From the NCBI GenBank assembly GCA_026391215.1, contig JAPLDX010000117.1:1-17741 (forward strand): DNA of 17,741 nt, in the 5' to 3' direction. A model generated the notes under the pieces. It did not search any database. It was not told the origin of the DNA and worked only from the letters and a program-made list of their open reading frames with translations. Positions 8,052-16,422 of the stretch are shown here, in pieces. Each line of letters starts with the position of its first letter. Positions within the stretch are counted from its first letter, which is position 1. Both the position numbers and the translations under genes were made by a program. The stretch comes from Bacteroidia bacterium (GTDB taxonomy: Bacteria > Bacteroidota > Bacteroidia > Bacteroidales > VadinHA17).

Positions 8052-9428
8052 ATGCAGAAAGAAGAGATTGGTTTAATACTTGATAATCAGAGGAAGTTCT
8101 TTGCTACAGGCAAAACCCTTGATGTAAAATACCGGCTGGAAATCCTGAAAAAATTGAGATCCCTGATCATGAATCATGAACAGGAATTGAAGGATGCTCT
8201 GTATAAGGATTTTCACAAACCCGGGTTTGAAGTACTTGGAACAGAATCGAGGTTTGTGGTTGCTGAGCTCAACATAATAATACGTAAGCTCAGAAAGTGG
8301 TCAGGCAAAAAGAGAGTCAGAACTTCCCTGGTTAATTTCATTGCAGGCAGTTATATCCTGCCTCAGCCATATGGGCAGGTACTTATTTTATCTCCCTGGA
8401 ATTACCCGTTCCAGCTTTCTATTGTTCCGGCAATGAGCGCGCTTGCTGCGGGCAACTGTGTTGTGTTAAAAGTCTCACAGAAGGCTGTGAATACAGGAGA
8501 GGTCATTTCAAAGATACTCAGCCATTTCCCGAAAGAGCTTATTGCCCTCATCAGAGGGGAACACTCCCTGAGCGATTATCTGTTGAATTATACTTTTGAT
8601 TATATCTTCTTTACCGGAAGCACAACAGTAGGTAAGAAGGTGATGACAAAGGCTGCTGAAAACCTCACGCCTGTCTCACTAGAGCTCGGCGGCAAAAATC
8701 CCTGTGTTGTCGCTGCTGATGCAAAGCTGGATTATGCAGCAAGAAGGATAGCTTCCGGGAAATTTATAAATGCTGGACAGACATGCGTAGCACCCGACTA
8801 CCTGCTTATCGACGCAAAGGTAAAAGACAGGTTCCTTGAACTCATTGTCAATGAGATAAAACTATTCTATGGCAAAGATCCGGCTTACAGCGAAGACTAC
8901 TGCTATATGATCAATTCCGGAAAAACTACCAGGATGGAATCATTCATGAAAAACGGGAAGATCATTTCAGGCGGCAACACCAACACTGAGAAATGTTATG
9001 TGGCCCCTACAATAATTACTGACGTCAAACCTGATGATCCTGTGATGCAGGAGGAGATATTCGGCCCAATTCTGCCAGTGATCACATTCACTGAATTCAG
9101 TGAGATCTATTCAATTATCAATCGACACCCAAAGTCACTCTCCGCTTATATCTTCACCCGGAGTAAGAAGCTCGCTAATGAGTTTCTGTCCAGAACACAG
9201 AGCGGTTCGGCAGCTATAAACGATACCGTTATGCAGATCGCTTCTCCGAATCTGCCATTCGGCGGAATAGGCCCCAGCGGAATGGGCAGGTACCACGGAA
9301 GGAAGTCGTTCGAGACTTTTTCCAATATGCGGTCGGTAATGGAAAAATCAAATCTTGTGGATATTTTTGTGCGATATCCTCCCTACACGAAATTTAAAGA
9401 GAATATTATGAAGCTCCTGATGAGATGA
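8052..9428 (+). CDS. NAD(P)-dependent aldehyde dehydrogenase (ALDH class 3-like)
   Basis: 458 aa with SPWNYP, FFTGSTTVG, catalytic Glu in LELGGKNP, catalytic Cys in NAGQTCVAPDY, EEIFGP and PFGGIGPSGMGRYHG. No signal peptide. Confidence 0.95.
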   Translation: MQKEEIGLILDNQRKFFATGKTLDVKYRLEILKKLRSLIMNHEQELKDALYKDFHKPGFEVLGTESRFVVAELNIIIRKLRKWSGKKRVRTSLVNFIAGSYILPQPYGQVLILSPWNYPFQLSIVPAMSALAAGNCVVLKVSQKAVNTGEVISKILSHFPKELIALIRGEHSLSDYLLNYTFDYIFFTGSTTVGKKVMTKAAENLTPVSLELGGKNPCVVAADAKLDYAARRIASGKFINAGQTCVAPDYLLIDAKVKDRFLELIVNEIKLFYGKDPAYSEDYCYMINSGKTTRMESFMKNGKIISGGNTNTEKCYVAPTIITDVKPDDPVMQEEIFGPILPVITFTEFSEIYSIINRHPKSLSAYIFTRSKKLANEFLSRTQSGSAAINDTVMQIASPNLPFGGIGPSGMGRYHGRKSFETFSNMRSVMEKSNLVDIFVRYPPYTKFKENIMKLLMR

Positions 9429-9928
9429 GATTGGTTTGCCCGTTATTTGCACTGTTTCTCCTGTTCTCCTGTAATTCAGACAGAAGTGAAAATTTAATAG
9501 GTATTGGAGATAGGATCCATCATGATGATTTCGAATATTCGGTTTCAGATTATACTACAACAAAATTTCTGACTAACGGAATTGATACACTCAAAGCCCA
9601 TGGGATTTATTACCTGGTCAATTTTAAAGTAGAAAACAGGGCTATGCGGGTTGGACACAAATGGGACAACTTTATAGCTTATCTCATTGATGAGAAGGGG
9701 AACAGTTATGAAAATAATACAGATTTACAGCAGTTTTACGGCAAGACGCATCCTTTCGGATTTAATGAAAACTACGAAACATCAGCTGGTATTGCCGATT
9801 CAACAATCCTTGTATTTGATATCCCCCTGAACATTACAGAACCATACCTTAAGGTCAGAGGCGAGATCCTTATGGGAGATGTATTCGACAGAGCAAGATT
9901 CAGGGAAATGAAGGTGAAACTGTATTGA
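9425..9928 (+). CDS. Small lipoprotein with a predicted Ig-like fold (DUF4352-like)
   Basis: 167 aa with lipobox LFS-C. YYLVNFKVEN, LIDEKGNSY and LVFDIP match the recalled DUF4352 pattern. The start overlaps the ALDH stop (ATGA at 9425-9428). Confidence 0.65.
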   Translation: MRLVCPLFALFLLFSCNSDRSENLIGIGDRIHHDDFEYSVSDYTTTKFLTNGIDTLKAHGIYYLVNFKVENRAMRVGHKWDNFIAYLIDEKGNSYENNTDLQQFYGKTHPFGFNENYETSAGIADSTILVFDIPLNITEPYLKVRGEILMGDVFDRARFREMKVKLY

Positions 9929-10037
9929 CTTAATTAAAATGCAAAAAGAACTATTATCAATTTTCACATAATTTTAGTTATATAATTTTAATCTCCTCGT
10001 CTTTAGTATTGTAAACAACCTGAAAAAAATTATTATT

Positions 10038-11720
10038 ATGACAACAAGAAATTCTAAAATGCACCTGAGAATACTCAGCGTGATTCTTTTTTTGACTGGA
10101 ATCTCATTTCCTTATACATCTAATAGCCAGGTACTTTCAATAAAGCAGGTTAATACTGAATTTGACAAATTGCTTTCCGGACAATTCAGTCCTGGCAGCA
10201 CTGGCTGTGCTGCCCTGGTAGCAAAGGATGGACAGATAATTTACAAAAAAGCTTTCGGCATGGCAAACCTTGAGCTTAACGTTCCTATGCAGCCCGATAT
10301 GGTTTTCAGATTAGGTTCTATAACAAAACAATTCACAGCAATTGCAATTCTTCAGCTTATGGAACAAGGTAAGCTGTCTCTACAGGATGAGATAACTAAG
10401 TACATACCGGATTATCCGTCTCAGGCTTATAAGATTACAATTGAACATCTTCTTACACATACGTCTGGCATAAAGAGTTTTACCAATTTACCAGAGTACA
10501 TCAAATTCAGCAGGGAGGATTTAAAACCTGAAGATGTAATTAATATCTTCAAAGGTCAGCCTATGGAATTTGCACCAGGCACAAAATGGAACTATTGCAA
10601 TTCAGGTTATTTTCTTCTTGGATATATAATCGAAAAAGTGTCCGGGAATACCTACCGTGAATATATTGAAGAAAATTTCTTCAAACCTCTCGGGATGACA
10701 GCCTCGTGCTATGGGAATGATTCCAGGATTATAAAAAATCGTGCATCGGGCTATCAGCCTGAAGGTGATGAAGTGGTCAATTCAAACTATGTAAGCATGC
10801 TGATACCATATTCTGCAGGAGCTGTTCAGTCGACAGTTGAAGACTTATACAAATGGAATCAGGCTCTCCATTCCTACAAACTAGTGAAAAAGGAGACTCT
10901 TGAAAAAGCATTTACAGAATATAAACTTACCGACGGAAAAGGGACAGGTTATGGATATGGCTGGATGTTGAAACAGCTCCAGGGCAGCCCTACAATTGAG
11001 CATGGTGGCGCTATTAATGGTTATCTCACTAATGCAATCTATCTGCCAAAAGAAAATGTTTTCGTTGCTGTCTTCTCTAACAACAATGGAAAATCACCTG
11101 ACATGGTTTCACTAAAAATGGCTGCTCTCGAAATTGGCAAACCATTTAACATGACCGAAATTCCGGTTGATCAAACAATCCTTGATCAGTATGTTGGTGT
11201 ATATGAAAACAGTGATGGAATGCAGTTTTTTATTTTCAGGGAAGGTAACCAACTCAACTCACAGAGGGCAGGATCATCAAAATATATTATCAGATCATTT
11301 GAAAAAGATAAATTCTACTTTGATAACTCATTTACTACAATCACCTTCATCAGAGACAATTCTGGCAAGGTTAAAGAAGTTGTCATCGACGACAGAGGTG
11401 CAAAAGAGACATGGGAAAAGAGTGACAAACCACTGCCTAACAGAGTTGAAATTACTGTAGCTGAATCTATCCTGGCCTCATATACAGGTGACTATGAACT
11501 TGCTCCCGGGTTTATCCTTACTGTTACCAAAGAAGGTACAAGGTTGTTCTCACAGGCAACGGGACAGTCAAAAGTTGAAATATTTGCTGAATCCGAGGCA
11601 AAATTTTTCCTGAAGGTCGTTGATGCACAACTGGAGTTTGTTAAGGATGACTCAGGGAAAGTCACAAAAATAATACTTGATCAGGGAGGTCAGAAACTGG
11701 TGGGACCAAAGATCAAATAA
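10038..11720 (+). CDS. Serine hydrolase of the class C beta-lactamase/peptidase S12 fold with two C-terminal DUF3471-like domains
   Basis: 560 aa with a signal peptide (alternative start at Met8), SxxK (FRLGSITK), LLTHTSG, YxN (WNYCNSGY) and HGG. Two repeats begin LDQYVGVYE and LASYTGDYEL. Confidence 0.9.
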   Translation: MTTRNSKMHLRILSVILFLTGISFPYTSNSQVLSIKQVNTEFDKLLSGQFSPGSTGCAALVAKDGQIIYKKAFGMANLELNVPMQPDMVFRLGSITKQFTAIAILQLMEQGKLSLQDEITKYIPDYPSQAYKITIEHLLTHTSGIKSFTNLPEYIKFSREDLKPEDVINIFKGQPMEFAPGTKWNYCNSGYFLLGYIIEKVSGNTYREYIEENFFKPLGMTASCYGNDSRIIKNRASGYQPEGDEVVNSNYVSMLIPYSAGAVQSTVEDLYKWNQALHSYKLVKKETLEKAFTEYKLTDGKGTGYGYGWMLKQLQGSPTIEHGGAINGYLTNAIYLPKENVFVAVFSNNNGKSPDMVSLKMAALEIGKPFNMTEIPVDQTILDQYVGVYENSDGMQFFIFREGNQLNSQRAGSSKYIIRSFEKDKFYFDNSFTTITFIRDNSGKVKEVVIDDRGAKETWEKSDKPLPNRVEITVAESILASYTGDYELAPGFILTVTKEGTRLFSQATGQSKVEIFAESEAKFFLKVVDAQLEFVKDDSGKVTKIILDQGGQKLVGPKIK

Positions 11721-11791
11721 TTTAAAAACACCATTCTAGAAACTGAATCTTAAAGTCTTACAAAACACAATATCAATTAATTCGTATATAG

Positions 11792-13252
11792 ATGAGAAAT
11801 TCAATTTTGTTTATTTCACTGATAGTGCTGGCCTCCTGCAGCCAGCAAAAACCTCAACAGGCTGTTACTGTTAATAATTTCACAGTTGATGGGAAAAATG
11901 TGACTGTATATACAACAGCTGACAGCACTTCATTCAGGCTGACTCAAACTGACAAGCTTCAGTTCACTGAACTGAAAAACACTTCAGAAAGAGATATTTA
12001 CATTTTTGCTGATCCTTCCAGAACATTTCAGACAATGCTTGGAATAGGCGGCGCCCTGACAGATGCTGCTGCCGAAACATATGCCAAACTTCCTGAGCTA
12101 AAACAGAAAGAACTGATCCAGGCATATTACGACGCTGATAAAGGTATTGGCTATACACTTGCCAGAACCAATATCAACAGCTGCGATTTTTCGAGCGGAA
12201 GCTACATCTATGTCGATGAAGGCGATAAAGAGCTGACATCATTCAATATAAATCATGACAGGCAGTTTAAGATCCCGCTGATAAAAAAAGCAATTGATGC
12301 CACAGAAGGCAAGCTTACATTGTTTGCAAGCCCCTGGAGCCCGCCGGCATTTATGAAGGATAATAACGACATGCTGCATGGAGGCAAGCTTAAACCTGAA
12401 TTTTACCAGTCCTGGGCTACCTACTATACAAAGTTTATAAAGGAGTATGAGAAAGAGGGGATACCGGTGTGGGGAATATCAATCCAGAATGAACCAATGG
12501 CTACACAGACTTGGGAATCATGTATTTATTATGCTGAAGATGAAAGGGATTTCCTGAAGAATTATCTCGGCCCAACAATGGAAAAAGAAGGCCTTGGGGA
12601 TAAAAAAATAATTGTATGGGATCATAACCGTGATCTGATCGTTCAGAGGGTACAGGCAATCCTCAGCGATCCAGAGGCTTCAAAATATGTCTGGGGCATC
12701 GGATTTCACTGGTATGAAGATTGGACAGGAGGTCAGCAGATGTATAGCAATATAGGTCTTGTTCATAATACTTACCCCGATAAGAACCTGTTGTTTACTG
12801 AGGGCTGCCACGGGCCATTTAACAGTGACCGGTATTATTCCTGGAGACTTGGAGAAGGGTATGGGATCTCAATGATAAATGATTTTAACAACGGGACTGT
12901 TGGCTGGACCGATTGGAATATCCTGCTTGATGAGACAGGAGGACCGAATCACGTCGGTAACTTCTGTTTCGCTCCTGTGCATGGCGATACTCATACCGGA
13001 GAGCTTATCTATACAAATTCATATTATTATATCGGGCATTTTTCAAAATTCATCCGTCCAGGAGCAAAAAGAATTGTGTGCTCATCAAGCCGCAGCCTTC
13101 TGCTGACAACAGGATTTATAAATGAAGATGGAAGTGTAGCAATTGTCGTTATGAATAGCGGTAACAATAAGGTATCTTATAGTTTATGCTTTGGACTTAA
13201 GAAAGTAGAAGTCAGCATCTTGCCCCATTCAATACAGACGCTGGTAATTTAA
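11792..13252 (+). CDS. Glycoside hydrolase family 30 (glucosylceramidase/beta-glucosidase/beta-xylosidase-like), lipoprotein
   Basis: 486 aa with lipobox LAS-C, GIGGALTDA, SCDFS, ASPWSPPAFMK, acid/base QNEP, GFHWY, nucleophile FTEG, WTDWNILLD, GGPNH and YYIGHFSKFIRPGA. Confidence 0.93.
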   Translation: MRNSILFISLIVLASCSQQKPQQAVTVNNFTVDGKNVTVYTTADSTSFRLTQTDKLQFTELKNTSERDIYIFADPSRTFQTMLGIGGALTDAAAETYAKLPELKQKELIQAYYDADKGIGYTLARTNINSCDFSSGSYIYVDEGDKELTSFNINHDRQFKIPLIKKAIDATEGKLTLFASPWSPPAFMKDNNDMLHGGKLKPEFYQSWATYYTKFIKEYEKEGIPVWGISIQNEPMATQTWESCIYYAEDERDFLKNYLGPTMEKEGLGDKKIIVWDHNRDLIVQRVQAILSDPEASKYVWGIGFHWYEDWTGGQQMYSNIGLVHNTYPDKNLLFTEGCHGPFNSDRYYSWRLGEGYGISMINDFNNGTVGWTDWNILLDETGGPNHVGNFCFAPVHGDTHTGELIYTNSYYYIGHFSKFIRPGAKRIVCSSSRSLLLTTGFINEDGSVAIVVMNSGNNKVSYSLCFGLKKVEVSILPHSIQTLVI

Positions 13253-13317
13253 GCAAAAAGCAGTATCAGCATTTGCGGCAAAAATAGAAAATTAGACCGA
13301 AAGGCCACTCTTTTACT

Positions 13318-13325
13318 TATCTTTG
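13318..13325 (+). promoter_or_regulatory. Bacteroidota -7 promoter box (TATCTTTG)
   Basis: Exact TAnnTTTG match ending 20 nt before the ATG at 13346. Confidence 0.6.
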
Positions 13326-13345
13326 ATGGAGAATCTTATGGCCTA

Positions 13346-13768
13346 ATGTACCAAAAGGACTATATACTGAGAATGATCGAAATGATCGGTGACCTGATTG
13401 CAGGCATCCTGGGATTGATAAGGAAAGGTGATTTTAAGAAAGCATCTGAGGAGATCAGCAGAATATATTATGATGTGCTTCGGGAGGATTCATCATTTTT
13501 CAGGAAAATACCGGAGGAAGATCTTACCCGCAAGCTGCTTAAGGAGCATAATTATACCAACGGTCATCTTGAGATCCTTGCTGAGCTTTTAAATGCGGAA
13601 GCCGAGCTGGCAATGGCAAAGGGTAATAATAAAGAAAGCCTGGAGTTCTCAGGTAAATCATTGATAATCTTTGAATTTATAGATAATGAGCAAAAAACTT
13701 ACTCATTTGAAAAAGATAAGAAGATGACGGAGATCAGGAAGAGGATTGAAGAGTTGAAAGGAAAATAG
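13346..13768 (+). CDS. Hypothetical helical cytoplasmic protein (DUF6483-like)
   Basis: 140 aa, highly charged, with an N-terminal DYILRMIE motif and its own promoter box. Family assignment is from recall only. Confidence 0.6.
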   Translation: MYQKDYILRMIEMIGDLIAGILGLIRKGDFKKASEEISRIYYDVLREDSSFFRKIPEEDLTRKLLKEHNYTNGHLEILAELLNAEAELAMAKGNNKESLEFSGKSLIIFEFIDNEQKTYSFEKDKKMTEIRKRIEELKGK

Positions 13769-13810
13769 TCTTGCAATTGTGTAATCGTGCGATCTTCAAA
13801 ATCCTAAAAA

Positions 13811-14755
13811 TTACACAAAACTGACTCCGGCTTTTTTACCGGTTTCGCGGACATAATCAGCAGCTAATTTATAATCTTCCATGGTTTCAAGGTGTTCAAG
13901 CATCACCGGGATATCCTTCAACCTGCTTGCTTCCTGTAAAAGAATTGCATAATCAAGTGCACCAAGTCCGGGTCTTCGTTCTTCAAGGTGAACTGTCAGC
14001 TCTGGCAGGATAATGATATCTTTTGCATGAACAGATTTTATATAAGGTCCCAGCTTGGCAAAACACTCCTTTATGAATTCGGTGTTTTTATAATATCTCT
14101 GAGGGCTTGAGATCATATTCACAGGATCGAGATGGGCTGCAAACTGTTTGCGATCGATTGCCATTATCAGCTCCAGATATGAATCAGGTGAATCGGGAAG
14201 CATAAAGGGCATTGGTTCAAGGGTATAAAAAGTATGTTCAGGCTTTACCTGATCAATGATCGTTCTGACTGTTTCAACTATCATATCGAATGTCTCCTTT
14301 GCATAGTTACCCGCATAAGGTCCGTCCCATATTTCGCCTCGTGCTCCTGAAATATTCACACAGCAATGCGCTCCAATTTCATCGGCCAGACGAAGAGTAT
14401 CGACATTCTTTTTAATTGCTTCTTTTCTTGCATTTTCATCCGGGTCAAGAGGATTGTTCCATACCCCTGCCTCAGCTATCAGGACGTTATTCTTTTCTGC
14501 TTCTGTCCTTAATGATCTTATAAGCTCTGACGGAGCTCCGGGTTGAACCGGACAATAGGCAGCGCTATATCCCAGGGATTTCACAGCTCTGACCCATACA
14601 CCGGGGTCAGTAAAAGTACCCTGAACAGGGCCACCAAGCCTTAGAGGATATCCTGTTATTGCATTTCTCTCTCCTTTTACCATTGGTGATCCAACGGCCA
14701 GATTTGCTGAAATAATTGCACCGGTCCTGATAAAATTCCGTCTGGTTAATTTCAT
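13811..14755 (-). CDS. Xylose isomerase-like TIM-barrel protein (sugar phosphate isomerase/epimerase family), Tat-exported
   Basis: Start corrected from 14803 to the ATG at 14755 (MKLTRRNFIRTG, a Tat motif), which removes the overlap with the upstream gene and gives 314 aa. Metal-ligand pattern LEP / HLDPVN / VHAKD / LEH. Confidence 0.87.
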   Translation of the reverse strand: MKLTRRNFIRTGAIISANLAVGSPMVKGERNAITGYPLRLGGPVQGTFTDPGVWVRAVKSLGYSAAYCPVQPGAPSELIRSLRTEAEKNNVLIAEAGVWNNPLDPDENARKEAIKKNVDTLRLADEIGAHCCVNISGARGEIWDGPYAGNYAKETFDMIVETVRTIIDQVKPEHTFYTLEPMPFMLPDSPDSYLELIMAIDRKQFAAHLDPVNMISSPQRYYKNTEFIKECFAKLGPYIKSVHAKDIIILPELTVHLEERRPGLGALDYAILLQEASRLKDIPVMLEHLETMEDYKLAADYVRETGKKAGVSFV

Positions 14756-14768
14756 ATCCGTTTTCAGA

Positions 14769-15905
14769 TTAATAATACCTGCCGATATATTTATTATCCA
14801 CAATAATTTTTTTCAATTCCCGGGGATCAATTGTATTCTGTTCTTTATATATGATTTTACCTCCCGGCTCAACTATAAGTGTATATGGAAGTCCACCCCT
14901 CCATTCGGGATCAACTGCCTCAATCATCTGATATATATCATCTTTGTTGAAAATATAATTTTTGTTTGAGGCTTCCTTTGTTTTCAGGAATTTAAGGACC
15001 TCTTCCTTTTTCCCTGGCTTATCGGCACTTACAGAGATAAACTCGAAAGTCCGGCCCCGGTACATGCGGTCGATAATGACAAAGTCAGAAAATTCCGTTA
15101 TGCATGGTCCGCACCATGTTGCCCATATGTTTATTAATCTGAGCTTATCTGAAGAAGTGTTTTTAATTAGCTCCTTAATTCCCTCAACATCAATTTCTTC
15201 TAATGTAACTGGCAGTTCAGACCATTGTTTATAAAGCTTCTTTGTATATTCATCCTTCCAAGACCATTTAATGGAACATCCGAAAACTTTTGTGACCGGA
15301 TTAATAACCGGTTTTCCTGCCAGCACCGCATCAATTGCATTTCTTATGTCATCGCCTTTCCCAGTGCCGGGTTTTTCTGATCCGTCGACCCTTCCGGCAT
15401 AACACAGAACTCTGTTGCTGTCAAAAACAAAACAGTGCGGAGTAGCAACAGGTCCATAGGCCAGTGCCGCCTTCTGCTCATCACCGTCATATAAATAAGG
15501 GAACATAAACCCTTTATCTTCAGCACGCATCTTCATTTCCTCAAAGCTGTCGCCCATATCTGAGTAGCCAAGCTCCGAAAGGTTTAATCCTTTGGCAGAG
15601 CTTGATGATATCATTACAACAGCTACACCTTTTGGCTTATAGTCCCTTGCCAGAGTTATGATCCTGTCCTCATATGCCTGGGCAGTGGGACAATGATTGC
15701 AGCTGAAAATGATAACCAGAACTTCTGCTTCACTGAAATCTTTCAGTCTATAGAGCTTACCGTCAACACCCTGAAGATTAAAATCAGGGGCCTTTGAGCC
15801 TATTGCCAGAGTTTCAGGTTCAGGATGAGCTGACTGGGAAAACGTATTGATGGTACAAAGAAGAACCAGCAGCAGAAAAAGAAATATTTTTGATGATTCT
15901 TTCAT
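14769..15905 (-). CDS. Exported redoxin with two thioredoxin-fold domains (AhpC/TSA-like plus TlpA-like)
   Basis: 378 aa with a Sec signal (predicted cleavage TFS-Q). Domain 1 has GSKAPDFNL, CNHCP, ATP and GCSIKW. Domain 2 has NIWATWCGPC and GGLPYT. Confidence 0.88.
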   Translation of the reverse strand: MKESSKIFLFLLLVLLCTINTFSQSAHPEPETLAIGSKAPDFNLQGVDGKLYRLKDFSEAEVLVIIFSCNHCPTAQAYEDRIITLARDYKPKGVAVVMISSSSAKGLNLSELGYSDMGDSFEEMKMRAEDKGFMFPYLYDGDEQKAALAYGPVATPHCFVFDSNRVLCYAGRVDGSEKPGTGKGDDIRNAIDAVLAGKPVINPVTKVFGCSIKWSWKDEYTKKLYKQWSELPVTLEEIDVEGIKELIKNTSSDKLRLINIWATWCGPCITEFSDFVIIDRMYRGRTFEFISVSADKPGKKEEVLKFLKTKEASNKNYIFNKDDIYQMIEAVDPEWRGGLPYTLIVEPGGKIIYKEQNTIDPRELKKIIVDNKYIGRYY

Positions 15906-15933
15906 AGTTTGATCTAAGTATCAATATTTTGTT

Positions 15934-15941
15934 CAAATATA
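15934..15941 (-). promoter_or_regulatory. Bacteroidota -7 promoter box (TATATTTG) for the redoxin and TIM-barrel pair
   Basis: Plus-strand CAAATATA reads TATATTTG on the minus strand, an exact consensus match 28 nt upstream of the ATG at 15905. Confidence 0.55.
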
Positions 15942-15952
15942 TTTTCTTTTTG

Positions 15953-16330
15953 TTATTTTTTCCTGAAATAATCCCTGGAATTAAAGATCAGCGATAATAC
16001 CAATGCCGCCAGGAAAGCATATAATGTAATGCTGTCAATCATCGAAGCATTGAAATTGATCCCGGTGATTCTGTCAGCAAGGTATTTGATATATGAATTT
16101 GGCAGGTCGGTTTTCCCAAGCTTATAAAGTACATTGAAATGCCAGTCTGTAAACGGACAATAACCTAAAGTTCCCACAATCAGACCAAGGAACAGCCAGG
16201 AAGCACCTGTCAGCGAAAGGGTGATAAGGTTAGCGATCCTTGTCTTTTTCCATATCCACCCAAAAAGGTTGAAGATGATCACGGAGGTATGGAAGACCAC
16301 AAAGAAAATATCAAGGATGCGGTAAATCAT
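15953..16330 (-). CDS. Small membrane protein (DUF2784-like)
   Basis: 125 aa with about three hydrophobic segments, a conserved His in the first helix (VFHTSVIIFNLFGW), GYCPFTDWH and SYIKYL. Confidence 0.75.
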   Translation of the reverse strand: MIYRILDIFFVVFHTSVIIFNLFGWIWKKTRIANLITLSLTGASWLFLGLIVGTLGYCPFTDWHFNVLYKLGKTDLPNSYIKYLADRITGINFNASMIDSITLYAFLAALVLSLIFNSRDYFRKK

Positions 16331-16355
16331 TTAATACAGGTTCAAGGTTCAATAT

Positions 16356-16417
16356 TCCCCCTTTGAAGGGGGTGAGGGGATGTTTTTAACACCCCCCGCC
16401 CCCCCCTCAAGGGGGGA
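16356..16417. repeat. Inverted pair of about 30-bp GC-rich palindromic (REP-like) repeats
   Basis: Copy 1 (16356-16384) is TCCCCCTTTGAAGGGGGTGAGGGGATGTT. Copy 2 (16388-16417), read on the minus strand, is TCCCCCCTTGAGGGGGGGGCGGGGGGTGTT. The copies lie tail-to-tail with a 3-nt spacer. Confidence 0.8.
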
Positions 16418-16422
16418 TTTTA

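Noticed and set aside
10038-11720. Antibiotic-resistance AmpC beta-lactamase call
   Set aside because: It has HGG rather than KTG as the third motif and extra C-terminal domains, so it fits the broad serine hydrolase/S12 group. No mobile context is present.
9425-11790. Apparently more AT-rich stretch suggesting horizontal acquisition
   Set aside because: This is a visual impression only and was not computed. No integrase, tRNA, terminal repeats or target duplications were seen.
14756-14803. 16-aa N-terminal extension of the TIM-barrel ORF in the track
   Set aside because: It overlaps the redoxin 3' end, and the ATG at 14755 places the Tat motif at the normal N-terminal position.
16356-16417. 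CRISPR array, intrinsic terminator or G-quadruplex reading of the GC-rich repeats
   Set aside because: There are only two copies, inverted and without spacers or cas genes. No U-tract directly follows a hairpin on the transcribed minus strand. The G-runs have adjacent complementary C-runs, which favours hairpins.
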